A stretch of DNA of 63,872 nucleotides, counting the filler, from Phoronis australis (lineage: Eukaryota; Animalia; Phoronida): assembly GCA_002633005.1 (NCBI GenBank). It is 7 parts of 7 records of this genome, joined end to end, with 100 filler letters (N's around TTAATTAATTAA, not from the genome) between each part and the next. Parts side by side here need not be neighbours in the genome. Positions count along the whole stretch, not along the records: positions 1 to 14,566 come from NMRA01001551.1; positions 14,667 to 40,207 come from NMRA01001343.1; 5 more parts are not named here. The stretch is one strand, 5' to 3'. The position numbers and the translations under genes are program-made. Every line of letters starts with the position of its first letter. Position 1 is the first letter of the stretch. The notes beneath the pieces are model-generated. The model searched no databases. It was not told the origin of the DNA and saw only the letters and a program-made list of their open reading frames with translations. This document shows, piece after piece, positions 13,709 to 26,281 of this stretch.

Positions 13709-16700
13709 GTGAGTGCATTTGAGAAAAATTTTCCTCCGGTCCACTAGTGAAAAATGAAAAACGGTAATTTCAAACAACACACAAAACTTGCATTGTGTTG
13801 ATGACAATTGGTTTCTACTAAACCGGGCTATTAACATAAACGCTAGCTCAATCTTATACGTCATTCCTATTTCCTTAATAATCTTTCTAGGCATGGAAGC
13901 CATAGCAAGAATATTTGAAGTGTAATTGTACGATCTGGTTTAAAATTGATGTTTTGGTGATGAGCAGGGAGAAATGCTCCCTTAATGGTGATGCATCATA
14001 ATTCAAATAATAAACGCGGCGTCTCAAAACTGGCCACTGGGTCTCGTGATTCTCTTCATATGCTGTTTCATAATACGTTAATTTTCACTTAATACGCACA
14101 AAGTAAATGAGTCGTGAGTTTCACTGTAGCTAGGCGCCTTCAGAGATTGTTCAGTCTCGCCTACATAGATTTTTGAAGACTCATTGCACTGCATTCCATA
14201 TACATAAGCTGTCTTATCTTTAGCGGCTGCGCAAGTTTTTGTCTTTAAGTGTCAAAAGGTTTAAGCGTTTTGCCGATACGAATCCTGAATACTGATTGTT
14301 CATAGACTCATTCTACATAAGGGGTAGTTGTCAATGGTTGATCAGGTACAGGGGCGTTACTAACACTCAGTGGTGTTTTACGGGAAGCCGTTTTGCAGGT
14401 CTTTAGCGGGTAACTGTAAAACATCCAAGATGTGAGTCCATAACAACATCCAGACGCCCCAATTTTGCTTGGATGGTGATGCACTGATAATACATAACGC
14501 TAAACCCTCGTGAGAGACCGCCCCGAGATGGATGCTGGAGCAACTCGGGGCGGTCTGGGATCAAGCNNNNNNNNNNNNNNNNNNNNNNNNNNNNNNNNNN
14601 NNNNNNNNNNTTAATTAATTAANNNNNNNNNNNNNNNNNNNNNNNNNNNNNNNNNNNNNNNNNNNNTACTGCTGAAACTGGGCTCTTGGTATAGTGCTGC
14701 ATGACATTGCTTTACTCGCAATACTACTAATTTAGTTTGTAGAGTTACCCATCACTTGCTCTATTATTCTTGAAAACGAAGTGTTGTGTGCAAGCTGTAA
14801 ATGGTTCAGCATGTTTGGAGGCACGCGCGCTTTCACGTTTGCGTTGTTAAAATTGTACTAAAACGAGACATTTGGTCCTAAACAACGATGCAAAACAATA
14901 ATTTTTGCAGAGCCATCAAAGTGTGCAAGTAATGAGACACAACTGATCTTTTGTCGCCTGTGAGTGCCTGAGCTCCATCATAATTAAATACGTATGAAGT
15001 TAATAATGCGTGTTATCGTGCAGAAATCTAAGTTTGGACGAAAGATGGGCCATCACCAAACACAATGCACCGCATTGCCGTCGGCGTCGCTTTGGTACAT
15101 TGATTACCACGTGGACTTATTGCAAATAAAAATTAACTTACTTGCTTCTTGCGTTGACATTTTGTACAACAAAACACCCATGCAGAAATATCACAGCGAG
15201 ATGAACAGGTGTTAGAGCGCGCATAGCTAATCAGTGTAACATACACCCACCAACTGTAAAGGTTAACACTTTAGTCAGGTATTTATACGCAAATTTAATC
15301 AAAATAAACGTATGTTTATGTAGTCGAACTGCGTTTAGGTGTGAAGCAGTCGTATTTAATAACCTCTCGTATTTGTTTCAAGTCGTTTTTTATGGTTTTG
15401 TGTTTTTAGGATCGGCACGGTAGTTAATTTTCATTTGCATGAAACTAAATAAAATGAAAGGAGTAAAAACATGGTTCACCAGAACGAAAGCATGCTTACT
15501 TCATTTAAAAGACTGACTGGGAGTTGAGTTTGCTTGCGCAAGCAGTGTAAGAGAATCCGGAACCGTGTTAAGCGGTCGTTGAGCTTAGTTTGTGAATCAG
15601 TGAATCGTAGTTTATCGGACACGTACGTCGTGTTTACATAAGGAAATAATTTCTATGGATGCTACAGTCGCGTTGTTCGTAAATGAAATGACAAAATGTA
15701 GAAATTTAAACTTCATGTACTTCGTGTCCTTATTGATCAAAAATATTTGTCTTAGTCATTCTAACATGCACAATTTAAACGAAGTCACTCATGTTAAATA
15801 AAAGAGTTAAAAAGGTCAAAATAGCCAAAACATACTGGGAGAATGATATTACCTTCCATTACAAACACCTGGAGCAATTTGACGTTTACGCTAAATATGT
15901 CTTCAACTTCTTTCAAATCAAAGAGTAGGAGAGAGTGTGGTGATATTTTCTTCACAAAAATTATGATAAAGTAGGAATCATGAAGTGGGACAAAACATTT
16001 TTCAGTTCTAGAGTAGTTTTGTACGTCTTCGGCAGAGATGCTCACCCCACGGCACAATAAATTCACACCACTAACAGTGCCGGCATAGAACTTTGGTACA
16101 GTTTTGACACTAGAAAAATTCAACTTCGTCAATTTCTGACCCCCTTGTCCGCCGCCAATACCCCAGCCCCGTTCGGCCCTTCTCCACGTAATTGCTGTGA
16201 GACAAACCCGCCGTAGGGAGTACAACCTCTAGTAACGCTTAGTTTGCAACAATATTTTGGATGAGGCTCGTGAAAATGAATAGTCCATTTCTGATACAGA
16301 CAAGAAACAAAAACAAGTAATTACCAAGTTATAGGGACAAAGTTTAAACCATAATCACAGCTAAAATCAAAGGGTGCTATAGAGAGCCCGGATGCCGACC
16401 CGCCATCTTGTTCAATATGTTCGTCGACAGTAGATGCAGTGCAGTATGGAGAATCTTGACCAGACACCTTGACCCAGGACATTCTACAGCCGCTTGCGTC
16501 ACACGGATGGAGTGCGACTTGCCACGGGTCATGAGAGTTCATGAACCCGGAAGCGTATGTCCCTGATGAGTGGCGAATTTGTGTGGAAAAGAAATCTTTG
16601 TGTCCGACGTTGAATCAACTCTGTTTAAAACCTCCTTTGTAATAATTAATGATTACATATAATAATTTTAAAAACGTTAAAAAAATCTACAAAACCGTTG

Positions 16701-19700
16701 TGGTTGCTTGGCCTAAATGCGAGTATATTCAATGACTGTGTAACCATGGTGACCGACATCTAAGTCGGTTTTTGTTGTTCAAAGGCCTAATTTGTCATCG
16801 AACTGATTGGGCAATACTTGCCACTTAACGTTCACCCAATAAACTTAATATAATAAATCATTTCACCATATGGTAAACTTCAGTTTCAACGATATAAGTC
16901 TTGGAGTTGTGCCAAACACGACTGAGTGAGTGCCTTTGAAATCAGGTGAATTAGGATAATGAAAATTAATCCTTTTTGTCAAAAATGCATAAAGAGCTAT
17001 GATGGTTCACCTTTAGTTGTTACATAATCCCCCATAATGTTGAGATTACACATTCTGTCGGGTATTTTTCTGTGAGAAGTTTCTACCTATACCTAGCTGT
17101 TTATAGTTCAGCTTTTTTAATTATGCAATGAAGTGAAATGCATATTCTAACGTTGCAAACCTTTGGAAGCATGTGCCTCCTGACTTTGCAACCACAGCAG
17201 CTTTTAAAGCAGTTATAAACCCACATTCTGCCCGAAATTTCGCCAACTGTCCAACCATTATGAAATTCATCTCAAATTGCTTTTTAGTAATTTTATAAGT
17301 GAATTCAGGTTTTCAAGAGGAGTGACACTTCGCGCGTGATTATTGGCAGAGACCTGGGGTCGAGTTCAATAATGCTATCTTGTTAGGAAAGCAATATTTT
17401 GCGAGATATTGTTGTGTATTTTCTGTGAGACCCCGTGATTTTGTCAGGCTAGATGCTTGTCGTTACGAGACAGATACTGAACAATACTAAGCCCTAGTCG
17501 AATTGGCCTGCCAGGATATGCCATTTAATATGTCCAGTATGATTTTAGAGAGAGCTCTTTATCTTACACAAATTTGTGCATTGATCATTTGTCTTTACAA
17601 TTTGGAAACGCATAAAGATTAAACAGCTGTAGAACATAACAATTTGTTTAGTTTTAACAACAAGGCTGATTTTACAATGCAACCTCATTATTAATAATGA
17701 AATACATATTACACACAACGTGAAGATAACTTAAAATTCAAGTTTCCTTCCGCATACCTCACATTTCGCGTGAGCCTTCTCATTTATCACCAATCCCTTT
17801 CTTACTAATTCAGTTTCTAGTATCAGTAATCCTTTGAACAGATCATAATAGTAAAAGCGAACTCTAGCTATGGAGTAATATAAACTCAAACCATAGAAAA
17901 CTCATGAATATTCAAGAGAAATGTACGTCATTCACAAGATAAGCTATATCCTCGGTGGATAAAGAACCGATTCGGTAAGAAATGAAGTGCTGTTGATAAG
18001 AGAAGTTTACTACAGCTCTCGTAAGAATTGACTGAATTAGAATAATGAGAATGCCTGTACAATCCGTGAGACAGGAATATTACCCATGTGTCCAAAATAA
18101 TAGGCCATTCAATCATTACAAACAAAATCTGTTAAATTGGATAATCAAATAATACATACTTTCTGTCATTTCAAAGATGTACCCACGTTTGAAAATAGCA
18201 TTAGTAGAACAAAAGGAAGTAAACTGTCAAAATTATGAGTTTCGAATGACTTCACAATCACGATGATGAAACATCAACAATTACTTTAACGACTGTGTGC
18301 ATTGTTTTGAAAGTACAAAACAAATATAAAATACCCTTAACACATTTCACAATGCAACAGCATTCTGTGTTTCGTTTAACTAAAACTGACGTCATTTCTT
18401 GATGTTTAGGATAAAGTATTCCACCACCCTCTTGAGAGTGATTCAAATATAAGTTGAAGTCCGCCTCTCTGAAATTAGACAATTCGCATTCAGGAATAAA
18501 GTAAATGTTTCACTCGTATTTGAAGTCCAATTCAAAGCTGTCTAGCTGTAAACCATTGCTTTTGATTTCTTTAGGAATGGAAGCCTTTGGGTTGTTTTAG
18601 TGTCCTAGATTCTAATGGTGACCTAGAAACGGTGGTGTAACGTCATTAGCTGTAGAATGTAGGTCAAGGGGCTTGGTCAAGCGTCTCCTTTCTGCTGGAT
18701 TGTCTACCTGCAGACCGAGTTAGAACCGCGCCGTGAACGCTACCTAGTTTCGACGAACAGAGTGAACAAGATAGCTGGCCTTCATCTGCTTTATAGTACC
18801 TTTTGGTTTTAACTGCGAGAATGGCAGAGAAAGCGGAGACTTGTTATGAAAATAAAATTTATTCTTCATGACATTCAAATTAGGTTGTTTCATTTACCTT
18901 TAACCCAAACACCTGTATTGTAACCTTGCCGCTGGCAGACAAGTTCGGCTTCATTTTCCTTTGTGCTAACTCAATGTTCACTATTCTTTACTCGACTACA
19001 TAATGGCTGACGTGAATAGCTATCTAATCCTAATTTGTACTAAATGGCACTTAATTTGAACTAAGGCTAAGAGTTCAAGTCTAAACTCGGAATTTCGAGT
19101 TTTCAATCGAAATATTGAGTTTTTACGCGAGTTTTTAGTTCAAATCTACAGGTTAAATGCGAACTTGAACTAGAAACTCATTTTCACTCGAGAACAAAAT
19201 AGTAAATTTTTATCTTGAACTCGCACACAAATTGAACGTAAAATGCCAAATTCGAGTTATATTTCGAGTAGAAAGATTTTGATCCCGGCCCTAATATGAT
19301 AAAAGCTCGCGAGTCAAATACGCTCACGAACGAAGAAGCGCGTGTGCTGAAAATGTCCGTATTACTGGACTTAGTGACATCTGGCGGCAAACGCAGAAAC
19401 TAAAACTATGTAAATGAATAAAACGGTTAACCGTCGGTGTCGGGGTGATTTGCACAGTGAAATTGCAAATCTGTGCAATACTTTTAGAGCAACCACAAAT
19501 TTTCTTTGTGTTTCTTTGCAAGCACACTCTTGCTCTTGCGCGACTTATGTAAAGACCCTACCATGTTCTTAAAAACAGAGAGACAAAACAAAGCGGGATC
19601 GCTCTTTATTGGAAACGAGGTGGGCATTTTTTACCATTAGCAATTTAATTTCAAACGGAAATTTCTTTCTATTTTACCCTAAGGCTGTTAAACCATTGGT

Positions 19701-20292
19701 GAACACATTTGATGACGAGGAAGGTACAAAAGCCGTTGGTGAAAACAGAATTACGTTGGCTGGGTAAGCAATTTGAAATTCCAAGAGTTCTTTTTGTCAC
19801 TGTGCGCCTTTTCGTAGCTAAGGAAGTCACAACTTCGAATTTATTTGTCACGCAATCTCCTTTAACATGATTTATGAAGGTAGTACTGTCGTAAAATGTG
19901 AATATGATGTAAAGTCAGGTATACGTCAGTAGCGTTTTACTCTTACAGAAAACGTTGCTTACTTGATATCTTATCCACCTGTTAAGGATTGTACCTAGAA
20001 CAGCACCATGGTATTATAAAGATTCATCATGTTGAATGATTGGTTTGTATGTACAATATGCCATATCTGAATCCGCTCTCCATGTAAGTGTAAATATTTG
20101 AAAGTTGTTTTAGAACGGCATAGGAAACAAAGGCATGATAATAATATATTGACCAAGGTTGCATTTAGAACTGAAGTTCAAATATTTCATTACCAAGTTC
20201 AATTAATCAAATCGAGTGATAGATTTGTTGCCGGATATTTGAAATATTTTCTCGGACACACTTTCGCTGAGGTATCTTTAAACCACAATCCG

Positions 20293-20483
20293 TCAACCGA
20301 ACATTGCATTGGCTAGTGTGAAAATTGCCAGCCACGCCTCTTTTCCAGTTGGTATGATTTTATCCACGGTTTGTATGAAGCCCATAGAGTTGCTCAAGTC
20401 TGGAAACAGTTCAATGTGGTACGAGTTGGCTACGTCAACAACACCCCCTTTGGCCCAGTCAATGGACAAGCCTGAGTTCGGAT
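20293..20483 (-). CDS. M14A carboxypeptidase-like gene, exon 10 (last)
   Basis: (D)PNSGLSIDWAKG...SYHIELFPD...GFIQTVDKIIPTGKEAWLAI...FG*; aligns with the CPA motifs SGxSIDW, FEL (E270) and IIPTxxE; acceptor ttacag. Confidence 0.92.
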
Positions 20484-20567
20484 CTGTAATAGATCATATC
20501 TTGGATACACAAGGCAAGTTACTATACCACAAGGTGAAAACGTTTTAATAGTTATAGCAATATGTAA

Positions 20568-21058
20568 AGGTTATGTAGGACCCTGAAGAATGTCCAGATT
20601 TGGCCACCTTCGGAACAATGTATCTCAGAAAGGACTGGTCTGATTCACATAAAACTATGCTTTGTGCACTGTTCTCCAACATCCTGTGGGAAATATTTTT
20701 GAATGAGGGGTTATCAAATATATGACTTATATGATTTTTCTAAAAAAAATGCATAAAATGAAAACAAAACAATAATTTAGAAAACCGTAACTGTGTTTGT
20801 AAGACTCTATCTTGAGCAGTGATATCATACCAAAGTTAACCGTGTTGTTGATCCGGTTGTTTTGCTATAAATGTACCTTTCTTTTTAACTAAAAAGCATG
20901 GTCACGTGACCTAAGTAATGACAGATTGGTGCAAAATCAAAAGTCAAACTTTACGGAATTCCTACTTTCAGAAAAAGTATACTTTTACTGAGTTAAATTC
21001 TATAGTTTTGTAGATATTTGGCTAAAAGCAGTCTTGTCGATATGGTCCTTCATAACCT
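20568..21058. mobile_element. PIF/Harbinger-like MITE with TAA TSD
   Basis: TIRs AGGTTATGTAGGACC / GGTCCTTCATAACCT flanked by TAA at 20565-20567 and 21059-21061; a similar terminus occurs near 35930. Confidence 0.7.
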
Positions 21059-21405
21059 TAAGCAAATTGGAAGAGGGAATTGTTTTAGAAGAAAACGTCC
21101 TATATAGAAGTCATGGACTTTGAATTACTAAGTTTTTCCTCTCCCTCTACAACTTGGCATAGTATTACGTTTGCGTTGCCAAGTACATGTAAATGCATAA
21201 CTTTTGTTCTTCATGGTGGCGTTATTTACACGCGCTTTCGTGGTTGTGCGCGCTTGCCTAACGTCCCGATAGAGTGCTCTTCGCTCTCTTCGTAAGCATT
21301 ATTCGACTCTTGCTGAATCAGAAAATATCTGTAAAACAATATCTTGCTATTATTTACTGTTGCTGTCTTTTTGGATCATTAGTTCAAGAACTCTTAAAAC
21401 TAAAG

Positions 21406-21660
21406 AGACTGAAGAAGAGGAGAAGACAAAGGAGAAAAAGTAGAAGATAGTGAAGACGAAGACGAGGGACGCAAAGAGAAGAAAACAGAGGAACATGAAG
21501 AAAGAGGTGAGGAAGAAGAAAGTGAAGCGGGCGGATAAGCGAGAAGAAGAAGAAAGAAAGGTGACAATAAGAAGTAGAAGAAAAAGAAGAAGACTAAGAA
21601 GAAGAAGAAGAAGAAAAATCAGAAGGAAACAGACAGATAAGTATAAGAAAAAGACAGGAA
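21406..21660. repeat. Degenerate (GAA)n purine-rich low-complexity tract in carboxypeptidase intron 9
   Basis: Runs of gaagaagaa and gaggagaag seen directly. Confidence 0.9.
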
Positions 21661-21666
21661 ACTCAC

Positions 21667-21751
21667 CTGTGATTTCAGGAATTGACAACGTCAAGAATTT
21701 TGCACCTCGGACTGCTCCCATTATTGAAGCCATTCTAGACGCAATCAGCCT
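21667..21751 (-). CDS. M14A carboxypeptidase-like gene, exon 9
   Basis: ttacag|RLIASRMASIMGAVRGAKFLTLSIPEIT-G|gtgagt; 85 nt, phases 0 and 1 fit both neighbours. Confidence 0.85.
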
Positions 21752-22870
21752 CTGTAATAATTAGGAAATAGATATGAATGAACAGTCATGTTTTCTTCAG
21801 AAATATTTTAAGAGTAAACAAATCCAAAATGAAAAGATAACTCTCGGAGTAAGGTATTTTGGATTCAAATTCATAGCTCCAATCATCGATTTTTAATTTA
21901 CTACCGATAATTGACTTTCAGGCTCACTTTTTGACGGTGCTGGTGTTTACTGACTACAATATTATGTAAAGTTTTCCAATAGCGATCGGAGAAAAAGCAT
22001 ACATGTAAGTGGGTACGAAATACCGAACGATGTTGAAAAGACAAAGCTATACATGTATAGCTAAAATCTGGATGGTCCATTTAGCCGGTGTTTGCGTGGG
22101 CCACTCAGGGCCTCCCAAAGTAAAGAGCTAAGATGTCTGTAAACCCTTCCCTACAAAAACATGCATTTTGTCTAAAGGATTTGAAAAATCTTTCAACTTC
22201 CAGGACAAGAAGCGAAAAGTTATATGTGGAACGGGCAGTAGACGACCGGCAGGGTGATCTTGGTGCTTGGAGAGGACAGGACTGGCGTTGGAGGTGCATA
22301 ATTGATATCGCTCAACGGTAAAACTGCAACACGTCTAAGGGTGGATTGAAGTTGCGTAAAGTGTTCTGTTTCAAAGAAACCGATTTCTAACGAGTAACCG
22401 ATTTCGTATTTTACAAACGCCTGAAATGAAAACGAGTTCGGTTTTTACATTTAATGAAATCTCCAACTCCAAAAATATCCTGAATATGGAATTCAGTTAT
22501 CTTATATACCATATTTATGTAATGAATGACACTGAGATATATTTATTTTAGACAAACCCAAAATACAGGTACACCCTTCACGCGCGTAGCAACACTGAAA
22601 TACATTCAATGCCTTCATCCAAAATGGGGTAAAATAGAGGTTCCATAACAAAACGTTTTAAAAAAGATACTCTTATTTCCTAAATAATAAATTCGTTTTT
22701 CAGTTTTCAATTTAAACCATAGAAGTCTCGCCAGTCGAGAAAGATCACAAATATAGAAACATGTAGTAGAAAAATTTCAAAACTGTATTTGTTTGTTTTA
22801 CTACTGATTTCTATACGTTCCTAAAAACAGACTGACTGTTCACTGTCTTTTACAAAGGATTGTCATTTAC

Positions 22871-23091
22871 CAAACGATCGTTATCTTCTGGTTTTTCCTG
22901 CGTGAATCCCCAGGGCACGACAGCCAACTGACCGTACGTGTGAAACGAAACAAAAGCTCGTATTTCTTCGTTGTGTATGTCTTTCAGGTCCAGTAGATAA
23001 CGAGCCAGATTCTCTGACGACTTGGATGAAAACGCAGCGTCTCCGACAAAACAGTAGGAGCACGGATTTAAACAAAAAGTGCGCGTGGATA
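22871..23091 (-). CDS. M14A carboxypeptidase-like gene, exon 8 (contains the His196 motif)
   Basis: (V)STRTFCLNPCSYCFVGDAAFSS...IRAFVSFHTYGQLAVVPWGFTQEKPEDNDRL; 221 nt, canonical splice sites. Confidence 0.92.
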
Positions 23092-24446
23092 CTGAAACGA
23101 CAAAATAGCACACTTACCTCCAGTTCTGTTTGTTATAGGGAACAGAGTTGTAAATATTTACATGGAAAGAGAACCGATCATCATTATAATTACGATTATA
23201 AATTAATTTAAAAACCAACAATTTTGGTTCACGAAAGTTGATTTTATAAACTTCAGGCCACAGAATTAGAACCACCTCATCCGTTTCATGGCAGGATTTC
23301 AAGGATAATGAGTTTTTGTCACTTTTAGTTATGAACCAGACAATATCTTCAAATTGCCAAAATTAGCAACATGAAAGTCCGGTTTAAAGTTTTGCTTTTA
23401 TTAATTACTCTAAATTTTAGAAGTGGCAAGGTTACTTCAGGTTTAAAAACTCGTACTGATATAAGTTTCACGACGAGGTGACGAGCTGAGCTCAACACAA
23501 GACTACCTATCTACATGTTGGCTGTACAGCTAGTTGGCCTTCTGCCTCATGATGTGACTTTTTGTAAATACATTATATACTTTGTATACAATACAGTATT
23601 TTTAAATGCTTTCTTAGTTTTCACTTTAAAGAATATCTTATTACCGTACTTTGTGTTACGGCAGGGTCAAATGTTCTGGAAAGAAATTTGTACTGCCTGG
23701 GAAAGAATCCCGCAGCTGCATACTACGCCTAGATATGACAGTGACAGAAATTCTGATCGAAGCTTTAAAATAACACGATCGCTTCAAGATGAACACTTGC
23801 GATGAATACTCATGTTCACTTGAAGGTGCAGCTAATTCCCCTCGGAATTTCCAATATACTAGTTGCTACGGTGACGGCTAGTATACCTTTATTTGTCATC
23901 CCTAGTTTCAGAACATATATACATATAATTATGGTTGGGCAGTCTCTAGTTACTTAGATATTTCAAGAAGAAAACAACATTTTAATTGGGGTTATACATA
24001 ATCTTAACGCCTCGCTAAGCGTACAATAGCTTGAATGCATAATATCTCTCTGTTAACGTTCCACCACTTTGAAGAATGTTGAAGATGTGTTATTGCATAA
24101 CTCTTTGCCAGTGACAAGTGGATGGATTCAAGATACAGCTGCTATAAAATTTATCTGCAATGCTGAAGATTTTAAAATCATGCGATATTTCCCAAAATTT
24201 GTTGTAGGACTAGACAAGTTGCACAAATAGCATATGATTATTTTGTTTGTTTTGAAATTTTAGAATTTGGCTGGTAGGACGCCGATTATTAAAAATTAAC
24301 AATCATCGGCACTAACTGTATACAAGCAAAATACTACGGTCATATTGATCAAGCGACTTAAAAAAATTAACTGGCGCCAACTAACATAGTTCCACTTCAA
24401 CCAAACTGACATTAATCCAAAACGCCATCGACTGTCATTTCGTTAC

Positions 24447-24579
24447 CATTCCAATGATGACCGAAGTTCCTCTCCAGATCTGTCCCTACGCATCGATCGG
24501 TCTGAGAGGTATTACTCATATCTTTCAGCCATAAACGCCTCAGTAAGAGGTCCAGCCCTTGCACTTGTTGGGGGAAATC
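24447..24579 (-). CDS. M14A carboxypeptidase-like gene, exon 7
   Basis: DFPQQVQGLDLLLRRLWLKDMSNTSQTDRCVGTDLERNFGHHWN; aligns with RxWRK..CxGxDxNRNF; 133 nt. Confidence 0.9.
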
Positions 24580-25048
24580 CTTAAAAAATACAGAAAATTT
24601 AAATAGTGTACATGCTTATTCAAACTTATGTATGATGAAATTATTGTGCATTTAAATTTTAACACTTTTATGTTGTGAAAATTTGTTGAGCGACATCAAC
24701 CCCTAAATATTTATGTTCTTTGTAAATCAGCAAGTGTCAAAGACAAGGACTGATAACACAGAAAAGCTGATAATACGTTCGCTTTCTACAATTTTCGATG
24801 CCAAGAACATAAACGATTTTCCTGTTTAAAAATGGTCTCAATTGTATTTTGCTCATACTGACCATGAGGATAACTGGCAAATCGTTGTTTCTGGGGGCTG
24901 AACTCATACTGAAATCAACGTCATTGGATGAAGTTACCAGTTGGAGCATAAATTCGGGAAACATAACTTCCTGACTTCTCCAAAGGCAGTAATATTTTCA
25001 AAACAGTTTTTGAAAAAATCAAAACTACAAACTGTACAGCATACTCAC

Positions 25049-25165
25049 TTCCGTGTTATCTAAATTGTGCGTGAAGTCATATCCGTCGGGGTTCAGAACT
25101 GGACAAATGTGAAACTCGAAACAATCTAAGAGGCTTCCAATGTAGGGATCCTTGTCGTGAAGTAA
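25049..25165 (-). CDS. M14A carboxypeptidase-like gene, exon 6
   Basis: LLHDKDPYIGSLLDCFEFHICPVLNPDGYDFTHNLDNTE; NPDGY motif; 117 nt, phases 0/0. Confidence 0.93.
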
Positions 25166-25235
25166 CTGGAATACACTCAAATAAATCTTAAATGTCGACC
25201 AATGAACATATAATCGCCATAAAATAATTAGAATA

Positions 25236-25576
25236 CACCAGCTTATTATTTGAAATGACTTATTCTTATTAAAATGACATGAGCAAGAAATTGAATTTTG
25301 GGCTCAAAAGTAGGGCTATCCATATTAATATAGGGTGGCTCCGCTGGAAGGGGGTCAAAGAGCGGGGGCCCTTTATATTAAACATGGGACGGCCCCGCTC
25401 TTCGGATCCCCCTTGGCGGGGCCTTCTAAATTAATATAGGAGGTCCCCGCTCGAAGGGGTTCGGAGAGCGGGATCGTCTATATTGATATAGAAAGACCCA
25501 CCTTTGAGCCACAAAATTCAATTTCTTGCCCATGTCATTTTAATGAGAATAAGTCATTTTAAATAATAAGCTGCTA
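25236..25576. mobile_element. MITE with about 80-bp TIRs and a GC-rich palindromic interior, probable TA TSD
   Basis: cagcttattatttgaaatgacttattc... versus ...gaataagtcattttaaataataagctg; TA on both flanks if two terminal mismatches are allowed. Confidence 0.8.
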
Positions 25577-26137
25577 TACGTGAAAATGACTGGGGGACGA
25601 CCATTGTAAGGATCGTCGTAATCAAATAATTGGATTGAAGGTTAATAAAAGTTGAAAATTGAGGTCACAATTCATAATGTTTGATAAAGCGTCCATCCGA
25701 CGAAAATAATCCAACACCTTGCTAAACTTGTGAGATGTTACATTCTCGAACCTATGGCTACACTAGTTTAGTAGAACTAAGTGCCGAGGGAGAAGTGTTG
25801 TTTTTCGGCGTGTGTGTCTGACTCGCACAGCGTACCTAGAGTTTCTAAGAGTTTACTTCTTACATAGTACCCAAGATGTAAACCCGGCACGCACATGAAC
25901 AGAGAATTTGCCAGCAACAACGTGCAACCAACTCCGAGTTTGTGATTCATACGGTAGGCCTACCATTAGTTACGCCTACCACATGTAAGCCTTGTTTTTG
26001 ATTGACAGCAGTTGACACTGTTCATTTTGGGAACCCCAACAAACTACAAAAATATTGAAATGTGGTTTCAGAAGTAAACTAGTGGTCTGCATGTATAGTA
26101 ATTAAATCCAAAGTGTGAGTGTATTTGAGTGTTTTAC

Positions 26138-26281
26138 CTTGTCAATTATGTAAATTGCCGACGTCACTGATAACCACTCCCTCGCACGACTTCCACCGTG
26201 AATCCAAATGACTGGCTTTTGTTTCTTCCTGCGAAACATTTCAGTTAACCAGCTCCCAGTTTTGCCAAGACCTTTGCTTAT
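26138..26281 (-). CDS. M14A carboxypeptidase-like gene, exon 5 (zinc-binding motif region)
   Basis: ISKGLGKTGSWLTEMFRRKKQKPVIWIHGGSRAREWLSVTSAIYIIDK; aligns with KPAIWIDxGIHAREW but has Arg in place of His69; 144 nt. Confidence 0.9.

Noticed and set aside
15794-16564. Minus-strand ORFs with PWQVAL and GWGIGGGQGG
   Set aside because: Superficially trypsin-like, but there are no CGG, TAAHC or GDSGG motifs and no consistent splice model.
21350-21764. Arg/Lys-rich (protamine-like) ORF and its hydrophobic antisense ORF
   Set aside because: Translation of the intronic GAA-rich tract; only 21667-21751 (minus) is a real exon.
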